Positions 1 to 11,965 of a DNA stretch of 35,865 nucleotides are shown in pieces. The notes under the pieces were generated by a model. The model made no database searches and was not told where the DNA came from. It worked only from the letters and a program-made list of their open reading frames with translations. This DNA comes from Blastocystis sp. subtype 4 (lineage: Eukaryota): contig NW_014569464.1 in assembly GCF_000743755.1 (NCBI RefSeq), forward strand, positions 1-35,865, read 5' to 3'. Numbering within the stretch: the stretch's first letter is position 1; every line of letters begins with the position of its first letter. The position numbers and the translations under genes were made by a program.

Positions 1-122
1 TTTGCTCCTTTACGCTGACCTACACGACTCGTTAGTACCTCATTTACACAAAACTCATTCTATCAACTCAATTTTGAATTCATTCGATTCTACAAATACT
101 TACCTCGAATCACACGACCCAT
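1..122 (-). CDS. RPL8: 60S ribosomal protein L8 (uL2), 5' part; runs off the window edge
   Basis: ATG at 122. Exon 122-104, intron 103-20 (GTAAGT...TACTAAC...TAG) and exon 19-1 give MGRVIRGQRKGA, the conserved eukaryotic uL2 N-terminus. Confidence 0.93.
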
Positions 123-303
123 AGAGTGTTGTTGATGTGTGGAAAGTGAATCAAAATGAAGACTGTAATTAAATGGGTTTCTGTTGGGAAAATGGTTCTG
201 TATCCAACATGTGTTATTATCCCATTTAGGGTCATTTTTCATCCAAACTATAATCGTGTGAAAAACATCACAATTTCAAATCACAAACATTCCAAATACA
301 TAG

Positions 304-833
304 TCACTTCTTATCACTAAGAACTACAGTGGGGTCTGTAGTATCAAGTAGATTCGCCTGATTTGGCAATAGAACCCCCTCATCATCTTTCCGAAGTTTT
401 ACATTTCCGGTAACTTCTTTATCTCCTGTATACTACAACTGATTAACGCATTTCTTGCCTACAGTCCTTCCCATAGCAAAATTTCTCTTATATAGTGACA
501 TAGCGGCATCTGAAACATGAACTTTGGAAATATAGGAAGCTCCGGCAACTTCTGCATATGTCTTTGCTTCAGCAAGAATTTTATTTCTAAATTCTATTCT
601 GTTATCGAAATTAAGCAATGAAACCAGAATAAAACTCCAAAAGGAAGGGAATGACGTTCTCTTCATAAGCTGGCACTCCCATCGACTCCAGTAGTGCTTG
701 AATGTTTTGAATATATGGATTTACCTCTTCCTTTTTGAAAATGGCATTATCTTCTCATAACAGCTCTTCGACAAGTCATACCTGGATTTAATCCATCTGG
801 AGGACAATCTAAAGCAGTTGGCTCTTCTTCCAT
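304..833 (-). CDS. TAF9: TFIID subunit 9-like histone-fold protein
   Basis: ATG at 833. The spliced frame gives IQALLESMGVPAYEENVIPFLLEFYS, then ILAEAKTYAEVAG, then GVLLPNQANLL, ending in TGA at 306-304. This matches the TAF9 histone fold and C-terminal motif. TGTTTGTG follows at 289-282. Confidence 0.75.
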
Positions 834-905
834 TCCCGTGAACAGAAATGTGTATGTTCAGAAACAGAACGAACAACTAATAAAAGGACCAGATAGAGAA
901 GAGTA

Positions 906-3403
906 CTATGAACCGCTTTTCCTCTTCTGTTTACACCACGAACAAATGAAGTCACCCCCTTTCTCAGGATCATACTCAGTGCAATCAATATGGGACCAAT
1001 CCTCACATATACAGCACTGTACCATGGCTTTCCCGTCATCGTAGTTCTCTTGTTCAATTCCACAAGGACATCGAAACATCCAGGTTTCGCTCTCTTCCTT
1101 CTTCTCAGAGAGTGGTGACGCATCAGCTACAAACTGATCGATGTTCTCATTGCTATCAATGCTATCAGGATACGGTGAGATATCCACAAATACTGTAGTA
1201 TCCTCACTAGTAGCCGACATATCATCTATATTCACATACATTCCACACTCCTACCAGGATGCAGCAATTGATGTCCTCCTGGTGTCCACCGATTATCTCG
1301 ACACCGAGTTGATAGTTCCAAAAGCACCCCCAGTGGTCCTGGAGAGTTCAACTTTTCTGCTATCAATGCCTCGAAGGCTTGTAAATCATTCCTGCCTGAT
1401 CCATAGATTTCATGCAGGATCTTCAGCGCTACGACAAGAAAAGGAATTGTGAGTTTCTCTGAAGGAGACATTCGATCACGTTCTGAAGGATCATCCATCG
1501 GAATACCACTCTGAGCACGCATAAACCGAACATATCTCATAGCCGCCAACCAATTGACTTTCCAGAACTGCCATTTGAATGCATCTTCATACTACATATC
1601 AACCACTCTTCTAATGTCGTACTGCATCTGTGAATAATTGGCGATAAGAGGTGATTTGTCGGCGCATCGACAAACCACACAAGAACCGCGAGATTACGAT
1701 AATCGAAGGTGTATGTGCTTGAATGATGAAGAGCTTTCCAGAAGGCATTACAACTTGTTCTCCTATCCATCATTCACTCCATCGAATTTCACCTTCTTTC
1801 ACATCCACACTCATGACCAGAGTCAGAGAAGCCAAACCTTGTGAACATGTTTGAAGTGACTCTGAACTCAATCGGCCACTGATAGGAAAGAAAAACACAC
1901 GAATTGAACCTTTCTGTACGAAGATTAGAGAGTTATCAATCACATGAAGCAATCGACCATCATATACTCCTTCAGATGACAGAAAAACGACTGATTTTGG
2001 TGACTAGATTATCAATAAACTAGAATCCTTACCACAACAAAGGTAGTATCACGATGTTTGGGTTTCTCTTGCTTCTGAAACTCCTTTAGATCAACTGTCC
2101 AATCCAACTGATCGATGAGAGTTCCAGGTGAGAACGAAGCAATACTATTGGTGGAATTACTGTCCAGCACCACACACAATGGCCAGGTATCCAATTGGAA
2201 GAGTGCTTCACATACATTCAGACCACACTTGAATCGAGCACCCTTGATCTAAACATGAATGAAGTGATGAGTTCTCACTGTTTGGACATAAGCTTCATAA
2301 TAGTCTCCCAGTGATTCACGAAACCAATTGAGAGAGAGTTTGTCATGAGGTATAGTACACCCAGGCAAGATGCCTTGAATGATGAAGACATCCCGAAGTG
2401 TTGTATCTGTTTATGATCGAATAGATCTGATATTACCAAGAAGAGAATGATATGTCACAGTGGAGGCAATTAGAACAGGCACAGTCACTGCAGATGCTGT
2501 CAGCAGTTGTGTGTACCATCCAGGTTTGTCTGCGAATGATTCATATTGATTGAAGCTACCATTCTGTTGAAGGATATCACAGACATAGGGAGGAATCTGG
2601 CTCTGGAGATCTCGTTTACGGCTCTTTCTATAAGTGAATGTCACTCACCAAATTCACTCTGCAGGGGCTGGGAGCGATGGGAACAGAGGTGGCTGGAGAA
2701 GTGTTTTCAGAACGGTATTCTTCTCTGGGGATTGTGTTTGCCTCCTTGGAGATAACGAAAGATTGATAGGTTCAAAAAGCGAATTGTTAAAACCAGATAA
2801 TCGTTGATTTCCCGTGGTCAGACTTCGTCCTTCGAGTGCTTGTGGTTGTGGCTCCTGTTGAAACGCGCGATTCTAACAATCAGTACAGTATTCAACTACA
2901 CACATCAGTGAACGGGGTGGAGGGTTGCAATCCCATATCTAGAAATGGCATTTCCAATTCTATGAATCAAATTAACCAATGAAGACAAACGCATTGACGT
3001 GGGATCAATACCCTGACCAGTGATGAGAGGACTATTCAACCTGGAACCAAGATCTATACTGTGATCAATACCACGATTCCAAACCATTCCCCGATCGATT
3101 CTTATCTTCGTGAATGATACTCCCAATGGTACTCTGATATAGAACTCCAAGAGAGTTTCCATCACTTTCTGCTTCTCGTGTACTTGATCCATGGGGTTGA
3201 TTGGAGGAAAAAGGAATGACCGGACTACCAAATATGTCTGCATGATATCCTGGAGAAGGGACAATTGGAACTTCATCCATTCCATCATATTCCGGATTCG
3301 GAATGATAGGACTCGCCATGTTATCTTGATCCTCTTGAACAAGAGCAAGGGGTGTCGGATTGCCATCACTAGACCGGCGAGGTACTTTCCTGTTGAAATT
3401 CAT
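906..3403 (-). CDS. Multi-exon protein with a C-terminal PHD finger; N-terminal part unassigned
   Basis: The last exon has C4HC3 spacing: FRCPCG...DDGKAMVQCCICEDWSHIDC...FICSWC. Upstream minus-strand ORFs can be linked by ~30-nt introns. The start at 3403 is approximate. Confidence 0.6.
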
Positions 3404-3608
3404 GATACTATACATCACATCTTTTGACCCGGATAGAAACCTTTCTGATCTTATTACAGATGTGTTTGAATTGGCAGATACAGGTTAAGGAAAAGGCTTC
3501 AAACACAAAAGATTGCAAAATAGCTTTGTTGAATAGTATAGAGTGTGTCGCAAAAACAGATAAATTCCCGTGATACTCGAATGACTGTATGAGAATCAAT
3601 AAACATAT

Positions 3609-5315
3609 CTATCCCGAATTCAAGGTTACGTAGAATCGACCTCCAATGGCCGATTCATCCAAATCACTTTTCATTACTAAAAGACAGAGTAAACACTCCT
3701 TGTAACAACTCTTAAACATCTCCATAAAATCATTTAGATCCAATGGGCTTTCACACGATTTCTTGTCAGGACCCACTTGATTGACTTCAGTGAAATGATA
3801 CTCAGCACCAAACACATAGGTGAATAGTGGAAGGTTAGAACTCCGACTTAGTGATCTGACCTTGGTAGAGATGGAACTGGTGTTCTTCAACATGAACATG
3901 TCTCCAACAGTACTCATCTGACTCACACTCATAACATAATCATTCCAACCCATGAAAGCAATTCGCTTACCAGGATTTGCCTTGCTGATCTGTTGGAGAA
4001 TGCAATTATGTCGATTCAAGAATGGTTTCGATTCTGTGAACGACTTCTTGAACTCCACTCCCTAAAATGAACAGTCATCAATTATCCCCACACAACTGTT
4101 GTAGAAAATGGTAAGATCGAGAGCAGCACGCGCATCTTCTGCAGGATCATGCCCACGAGGAACACGAGTGGTATCAGAATGAATACTCTGGTTGTGACTA
4201 GCACTTTGGATTGATCGATTAAGATAATGAACAGTCAGATATCGAAGTGAATGTTTGAATCCAGGTGTAGGATGAGTATATCGTACTGCTGTATCAATTA
4301 CACGGTCAGGAACAATCTTCAATACCGAGAGATCATTCTCCAGAGAGTGACCAACTAAAATAATTGGCTTCCGTGTCAAGAGATCGAATACCTCCTTCTG
4401 AATTACTGGAAATGCTATGGAATGATTGTAAGAATCAGGTTTCACAGTTAGTACAATTCTTGATAATTTCGGGAGTAATTCCTGACCATTCTGTGCGATA
4501 ATCTGTGATCTCACCTTCTGGTTTCACATATTTGTCATATAAAATTCCCTTCGTTGATACCACACTTATATGAGCCAGTTCATCACGGTGTCCCATAGTC
4601 TCCACCATTTCACAATCCAAAGCAAGCAAATCACTACAACTCATAGAATTCCATTAACGAAACTCTTCTAAATATTCATCTAATACTTCCTTACAAGCAT
4701 CTTTCATAAACAGAAAACCCTCATTTGCCAATTCTTCATGATGTTCTAGAGAATCAATCTGATATACATCCTACCTTTTGACCTGACAACCATATAGTTA
4801 TTGGCCTGTAACTCTTCTTCAGTAAGACACATAGATGAATAGGATAGTTTATCCACCCATAGAGATTCTTCACCTGACGATCTACTTCGCTTTTGAGACT
4901 GGATACCATAAAACAAGTATTGATCCCAAGAATCTGGAATGGGAGCTTTTCGAACTGGAACTGAACACAAAGAAGATAATAACTCATCATTCACTAAAAT
5001 TGAAGGAAAAATGGACACTTACTTAGTTCGTTATCACGAACGGCAATAAAGGTAACATTTCGAATATTTGGCTTGTTTCCAATAAAAATCCAATTTGGTG
5101 GAAGTGGTTCCATTGTCAATGTCCAAAGAAGGAAATTACGTACATCCTACAAGTTGTCAACATTCCAAAAAGCCATACCATGACAGAAATACCCGATTTA
5201 CGCTTTTCCAATTTGTCGATAGCTGTTTGGTTGATTTCGAAATAAGGCGACTAGATGATGAGAAGGAATGATAGAGAGTAACCTTAATTCGATGTGTTTG
5301 GTCTTCATTGTCCAT
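3609..5315 (-). CDS. DEDDh RNA exonuclease, REXO1/REXO5/Rex1-like
   Basis: Exo[31 protein letters not shown], Exo[17 protein letters not shown], and Exo[17 protein letters not shown]. Probable ATG at 5315. Confidence 0.9.
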
Positions 5316-5709
5316 TTCATAAATAACAAATGGTTTATTTTAGGTCTTTATTTGATCATTTGGAATGATTGTGCATATTTAACAAAAGAAGAGAACTTCA
5401 CCGAACAAATGCATTCTAGTTGATGTTTAATTCGTTAACATGGGTACCACCATTCTGACTGTTGGTTTAAAGAAAAAGAAAGGCATTCTAGAAGATGGAA
5501 CCACATTAAACAAGAAGAGATACTATTAGAATAACAGTATGTGACTTATTCCCGCGGTTCATAACAATGAAACGCCCTCTCTCGTTCTCCAACTCGTCAC
5601 AGATTCGTCAATCAAATCCAGTAGTCAAGTATGTATTGCAAAATAGTGTCTCCTTGGATGGACTTGTCGATAGAGCGAGAATGGTTGTTTAACTGGTTTC
5701 TAGACAAGA

Positions 5710-6184
5710 ATGGCTCCCATTCGTAAGGTGAAGATTGTAAAGAAGAAGTTGACTTCGTTCCCTCGTTTTCAGGCTGATAAGTTCAAGAGAATGAATGTAC
5801 GTCTTGTGTTGAGAGTTGAGGGTCTAATTTTTGTAGCAGCACTGGAGAAAGCCCAAAGGTATTGATGGACGTTGCAGACGTCGTTTCCGAGGTGCTACTC
5901 TGATGCCCAACATTGGTTACGGTTCTAATGCTGCCACCAAGCACATGCTCCCTAACGGACTGTACAAGTTCATTGTGAGCAATGTGAAGGATCTGGAGCT
6001 TCTGATGATGCATAACACCACCTATTGTGCTCAGATTGCTCATAACGTTTCTGCCAAGAAGAGAGCTGAGATTCTGAAGCGTGCTAATGAGCTTTCGATT
6101 CGTGTGGTGAATGGAAAGTTGGAATGGAGGAAATGGATAATTTGTAGCGCTGCTGTAACCAAGGTTGAGGCTGAGGCTGAATAA
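5710..6184 (+). CDS. RPL32: 60S ribosomal protein L32 (eL32)
   Basis: [13 protein letters not shown]...[17 protein letters not shown]...MPNIGYGSN...[10 protein letters not shown]. Introns at 5797-5836 and 6118-6147, with a probable 5'UTR intron at 5629-5703. Confidence 0.97.
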
Positions 6185-6278
6185 GGATCATATGGATGGA
6201 ATGATTGACATTCTTGATGTTTGTTTCAAAACGGGGTTTCGGTTGTCCATATTTTCATCAAGTCTCCAGAAATAGAGG

Positions 6279-8803
6279 ATGGGGAAGCGTGACTGGAAGA
6301 AGGTCAGTAAAAGAAAGAATGGAGAAGATGTTGAGCCCACAGAGTGTGAATTGGTTTGGGATAGTGATTGTTTGTAGAGAGGAGATGAAGTTCTACCCTC
6401 CAATTGCTGAGAAACCTACCTCTGAAAGTAAATGGAGTTATGCTATAGACAATGAAGATGTGTTTGGAGATGACAATTTTGAAGGTTTTATGGGTTTGGA
6501 AGTGTTTCATGGTTTGCTTTGTGAGGCTGTTTGATGTGCAGGGTCTCTAGCTGAATTGAATGGAGAAAAGAAGGGAGAATCGTATCGGTATCTGTCAAAG
6601 AGTGATTTATAGAACTGCTGATATGAAGGTGGAAGGTGATACTTCAATGGAGGAGGATTCAGCATTATTAGAAGATACTGAATTGCTGGCAGATGAGCTT
6701 CCTTCTAAGATTGTAAAAAAGCAATCGAAAGACTCCTTGAAGTAGACTTGATATCTTTCCGTTCTCTTATAGAGCTCAAAAGAAGCACGAGCAATTACGC
6801 AATGAAGTAGATGAAATATCTGGAGGCCAGAATGCCTTCTTGTTGTATGGGAAAGTATCCTGGAAACACTTCCATTTACATTCTCAGTTACTTCACAATC
6901 TCACTGGAATGCATTGTGACCGTCCTACTCTAATTCAGGAGAGAGCTATTGAGAGTGCTTTTAGTGGTAATGATGTTTTGGGTGCTGCTCCTACGGGAAG
7001 TGGAAAGACGCTTGCTTTCTGTATACCAGCTGTGGATTGGTTGATGAAACATGAGAAGAGGGGTGACAAGGAGGAGAGTGAGAGTGAGGAGGAGAACAGT
7101 GTGAGTGAAGAGGAGAATGACAAGGAGGAAGAGAGTGACAAGGAGGAGGAGAATGTGAGTGAAGAGGAGAATGACAAGGAGGAGAAGAGTGAAGAGGAGA
7201 ATAACAAGGAAGAGAAGGGAATGAAAGAAGAATCACATCATCAGACATCTCGAAAGCATGGTACTCGTATCTGGGATGTTAAATGTCTAATAATCACTCC
7301 TACACGAGAACTTGCTCTTCAAATCAATCGTGTAATCACCCGTCTCACTGAACATACTTCTATTCGGACTGCAGGACTTATTGGTGGTCTTGCCATTCCC
7401 AAACAGCAACGTCTCCTTCGCAAGCACCCTGAAATCATTATTGGTACACCAGGTCGAATATGGTACTTTATGGAACAGAAACTCTTGGGAGAATCTTGTT
7501 TGCATCATGTTCGATTCATTATTGGAGATGAAGCTGATAAGCTAGTAGTGATTCATAATTATTATGATTATTAGATCACACCTGGAGCATATCCTGAAAT
7601 ATCCAAGATTATTACAATATTAGCAGATTCTGCCGTGGTACCAAAAATCAGAGGTATTTATCATTGCATAATTCTGATCTTAGATGAACGATCACAATCT
7701 CTCTTCTTCTCAGCAACACTTGATCTTCATTCAAATTCCACTCAAATTCAAGCATTGAGAAAATACATGAAACAACTTAGTCAACGTGGGAATCCTGAAG
7801 TAATTATGACAAATGATGTTCCATCACCTCGACAAGATCAGAATATCCTGCCTTCAGGATTGAAGTTATGTTCAGTGATTACTGGAGGTGATCATGAAAA
7901 GGAAGAATTCTTATACTATTATGGAAAACAGTTTAGTGGTCGAACCCTAGTCTTTTTCAATTCAATTCGTAAGTATGTCGATGAACAATTATTGATAGGT
8001 GTGGTGAAGCGTGTGTATGATCTTCTGAAGAATCTTAATTTGACGGTTTATAAGATTTATTCTGGAATGCAACAAAAACAGCGTATTCAGCATATTAACG
8101 CTTTCACTTCTCATTCAGATAGTCTTCTTCTAGCTACCGATGTGGCTGCTCGTGGTCTAGATCTCCCAGATCTTACTACTGTGATTCATTATCACTTACC
8201 TCCTACACCCACCATCTTTGTTCATCGATCTGGACGTACTGCTCGTGCAGGAGCCCGTGGTATCTCCATCTCACTTGTGAGTTCTCAAGAGAAGACTCTC
8301 TATCAGAACATTTGTACTCATCTTCATATGACAAATGGATTCCCTTCGTTCCCTCTAGGTGTGTCGTTGAATCCTACTCTCAAACAGTGTGTGAAACTGG
8401 CTCGTCAAATAAGTGATATTGTGACAAAGAGTACTCATGAGGATCGTGATGCTATGTGGTTGAAGAAGAATGCCATTGAAGCAGGTCTCCAAGAGAATCT
8501 CGAGGATACAGATGATGCAGTGAAGCTAACAAATGCTGATAAGAAACGGATTCGAGTTGGAATGTAGAGGATAATTGATTGTAGGGAATGAAGTATGAGT
8601 TGAATCAGTTGTTGAAGCAACCGATCACTGGGTCTACTTATACTGGTTCGTATATTACATCGGATCCAAAGGTCTTAGGTAAGTAAGTGATAGGATGATG
8701 AAGTGTAGAGATGCTTCGGAGAGGTAATTCGTTTAATCAGAAACGAAACCCATTAGATGAATGTTCCACACCTCAAGAACATCGTAATTCTAAGCGAAAT
8801 TGA
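6279..8803 (+). CDS. DDX24: DEAD-box RNA helicase DDX24/Mak5
   Basis: Motifs APTGSGKTLAF, PTRELALQI, GGLAIPKQQRLL (Mak5-like), DEAD, SAT, TDVAARGLD and HRSGRTARAG. Acidic insert after motif I. The N-terminal exon boundaries are approximate. Confidence 0.88.
7063..7216 (+). repeat. Imperfect purine-rich coding repeat encoding an acidic (E/S/D/K/N) insert in DDX24
   Basis: Recurring units GTGAGTGAAGAGGAGAATGACAAGGAGGA encode repeats of VSEEENDKEE. Confidence 0.85.
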
Positions 8804-8805
8804 TC

Positions 8806-8820
8806 TGTTTGTAACAAAGA
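8806..8820. terminator. Overlapping bidirectional GU-rich polyadenylation elements between DDX24 and the E2 gene
   Basis: TGTTTGTA (+, 8806-8813) overlaps TCTTTGTT (-, 8820-8813). Confidence 0.7.
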
Positions 8821-8824
8821 TGGA

Positions 8825-9443
8825 AGGAGTTCATTTGTAATGACTTCTCTGCACACTGTCTTACCCGCTTTTTGTACTCTTTTATATTTGTAACGTACAA
8901 CTAACGTTCATATTCCACTCAATCAACTACTGAGGCCGCTGCTGCATTCGCTGGACTCTCTGGATTTGGATCATTTAACAGACTCTATCCATCACAACGA
9001 ATCCTTGCAAATAACTTGTATTGATGTTAATACCATACTAACGGTGTTGATTGGAGACCACTTCTCCTTAATAATATCCAAACAAATCATCCCATCAACA
9101 AAAACTACATTTCAACATCTAAAAACAAATACCATTCGGGTGGAAAATGGGAGTGACAAATCGAACAACTGGTGGATTTGAGGGATAATCGTCTGGAAAC
9201 CGCAGCTGCAAAGCAAACATTCCTCCTACTCATGATAATAACCACTGACAACAACCCTCCCAAGGAGAGTCATCGGGGCCGGAAATCATAGCATCCCATA
9301 GAAAGAGGTCCTCCATCTTTGACGGTGATGCACTGATTCCCTAGGCAATGAAGATGTTCGCTTATCCTTACATAGGGCGGATCATTTTGTAGTTCTTCAT
9401 AATCCTTTAATAACCTTATCTGTGCCCGATTCCGCTTATTCAT
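8825..9443 (-). CDS. Ubiquitin-conjugating enzyme E2, Rad6/UBC2-like
   Basis: [23 protein letters not shown]..., [14 protein letters not shown], catalytic [11 protein letters not shown] and DPNPESPAN. The end shown is the predicted poly(A)-made stop; the genomic in-frame TAG is at 8792-8790. Confidence 0.88.
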
Positions 9444-9516
9444 TCTCCTTAACAGAAAAAACTGAAATACTTTTCAACTATATCCTTTCTCCCTTTGATC
9501 AATCGCAAGTGACTAG

Positions 9517-10627
9517 ATGCATGCCGACAGTATTATCAATTCCATTATGTCGTTTTGGAGGATGGATGCAGTTTCTATCTGTGATCTCATTTTGATTATT
9601 GGTTATTTGCTGATTGGATTGCTGTGTATCATAGCCAAAGTAAAGTGAGTTATCCCTCGATCTTCTCACTCCTCTAGAAAATCCAGATCACAGGCCATTT
9701 TTATCGGAACCACATCATTTCTGAACTATACATTGGCCTTTGGAGTTGGTATATTGGTTTTCTTCGTTTGTTATAATAGGTCGTACAATTCATCTTTGTC
9801 TTTGCTATTTTTATGGTTATCGGATCCAAGTGATTGGCGTATTACCAATCTATCGCTATAACGATCATTTCACTGTCCTTGTGGATATGGCATGTAACCT
9901 ACTCTACTTCTTTTCTATGATGATGTTTGTACTCATTTGGTAGTAGCTGGAAGTGTGTATCATGAATAGTCTTCATTCGGTGAACACACATCCATCAGTT
10001 ACTGTAGTCAATGAGAAACTAGATATTTCGGTCAAGAAAATGTGGGTGATTGTGATCTCTGTGATTCTCTGTATTGCAGTTGTTGCATGCTATTTGCTTG
10101 GATTTATAACGAACAGTCGGATTATTTTCCTCTCTTGACTCTAGATGTCTTCATTTTTGCTTCTGCTGGAATCTTTTCGGTTTTGGAAATTATCCTAATT
10201 GTAAAATGGATTCAGTTCTATAAGAGTATTCGAACGGTAATCTTGTAGGATTTGAGAATTCGCTTCATAGTAGAAATACCGTGATTCCATTGAATGTGAA
10301 ACGAAATCAGATTTGTAGCGCGAATCAACGCTGTAGTCTGTATATTGTGAGCTTGGTAGGTCGTATCAGTCTACAGATTCTCCTTTCCTTCAATTATGTT
10401 CTGCATATTGTAACATTCCTGATTCTCTTTCATTTAGTCTTCGTTTGCTCTCACATTGTTGTATTTACTCTTCACAGAAATTACACCGTTGCTTGCAGCT
10501 GTCATTCACCAACTGTCCTCTATTCATACTTCTCAGATGTAAAAGAGTTGTTTCTTGGTTGATGCATAGTTTTGAAGGATACTTCACAAATCTGCTTACA
10601 TCACTTCAAGATGTCCTTTCTGTATAA
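9517..10627 (+). CDS. Multi-pass (about 7-TM) membrane protein, THH1/TOM1-like
   Basis: Spliced hydrophobic segments include LLYFFSMMMFVLI, LYIVSLVGRISLQILL and LTLLYLLFTEITPLLAAVI. One middle junction is unresolved. The gene may continue into the downstream kinase (see findings). Confidence 0.6.
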
Positions 10628-10746
10628 TATTTTTTAGTCTTGACGTTATATCTGTTTGTTGGTATTACGCCATTTCGGCGACTCCAAATTGCGACACCGT
10701 ACCGCATCTATTGGTTTCGTAACGGCTACTTATAATTACTTTTCAG

Positions 10747-11912
10747 AGCTGTTGCCAAAGGAATCAATAAGTACTACCTTTCTCCATGAGGATACGGAGG
10801 ATGAATTTGTATGGCCGGTAGATCCAACTCATTATCGCCTGGAAGGCTTAGTTGGACATGTAGTTTTTTTTGACTACTTTGAGTGATAGGGGTCCTCGGC
10901 TCTAGTGTATAAAGGAATTTGTGTCGACAACAACCAAGTTGTTGCTGTGAAAGTTGTGAAATTGGATGTTCAGTATTCAAACTTGACTTCTCTACAAAAC
11001 GAAGTAATCACAATGAGACTTTGTCATCATCCCAATATCATTCGTTGTTATAGTTGTTTTATCAGTGGTACCTCTTTATGGATTGTTTGTCCGTACATGT
11101 GTAAAGGATCCTTTTTGAGGATTCTCCAGTATTTGAAGTCGACTTCTTTCATTCGAGAGGGAGAAGGATTTGAAGTATATGATTCTGTTCCATGTCATCT
11201 CTAGGAGTCTGTCGTAGCTTATATTATTTCTGAAACTGCTAAGGGATTGCAATATCTGCATTCTTCGGGTCTGATTCATCGGTTTGCACCTTAAATACTT
11301 TTCATCTATAGTGATATTAAAGCGGGGAATATTCTTGTTGATGCAGACGGACATATATGTATTGGTGATTTGGGTATGGTTGTGAAGGAAGGTCACCGCA
11401 ATTCGACCTTGAACCGACTCCATATCTCAGGTACTCCCTGCTACATGGCTCCCGAAGCTATCACACATAAACACTGTCATTGCCAATCTGACATTTGGTC
11501 GTTAGGAATCACTGCTATGGAACTGTACAAGGGAACCCCTCCTCTTGCGCGGTTTGATAATGAGGAGATTCTTCAATACACTGTTCATGAAGAAGCTCCT
11601 TCTTTGAATTCCTATTCAGATGCGTTCCCAAGGGATCCATCTTCTTCGTTCGATGCATGGATTCATGGTGTATTGCGAAAGGATATGAAAGAACGCTATC
11701 CTATTGGACGAGTGTTGACTCATCGTTGGCTGTTGCAAGCAGAAGAAGGTCGTGAAGCATTAGTCAGATTGCTGCAATCCATTCCTGATCTCCCCGTTCT
11801 TGAGAGTGTGGAAGAGTTGAATCCATGGACTGAAGATCCGAATGCATGTATGCAGGACATATCATGGGATTTCAGTTTACCTCCCGTAAAGGCTATTTCA
11901 ACTAGTGATTAA
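10747..11912 (+). CDS. STE20-family (FRAY/OSR1-SPAK-like) Ser/Thr kinase; start codon not found
   Basis: WPVDPTHYRL, VGHGSSALVY, VAVK, IHRDIKAGNIL, GDLG, GTPCYMAPE and DIWSLGITAMELYKG. There is no in-frame ATG upstream of the catalytic domain. Confidence 0.88.
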
Positions 11913-11965
11913 TGCAAATTATGTATGTTTCTAATCATTCTTTGTTTCAATCGATCTTTGAATTC

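Noticed and set aside
304..3403. A single long gene covering the PHD protein and the 304-833 region
   Set aside because: Region 304-833 has its own ATG and TAF9 motifs, and a TGTTCGTT element near 870 follows the PHD gene's stop.
6935..7248. Ser/Leu-rich and PPCHS-repeat minus-strand ORFs
   Set aside because: They are antisense shadows of the DDX24 acidic repeat.
9480..9513. ATATCCTTT...AC, a possible U12 intron upstream of the TM gene
   Set aside because: It lies in a 73-nt divergent spacer with a poor branch site, and there is no reading-frame constraint to support it.
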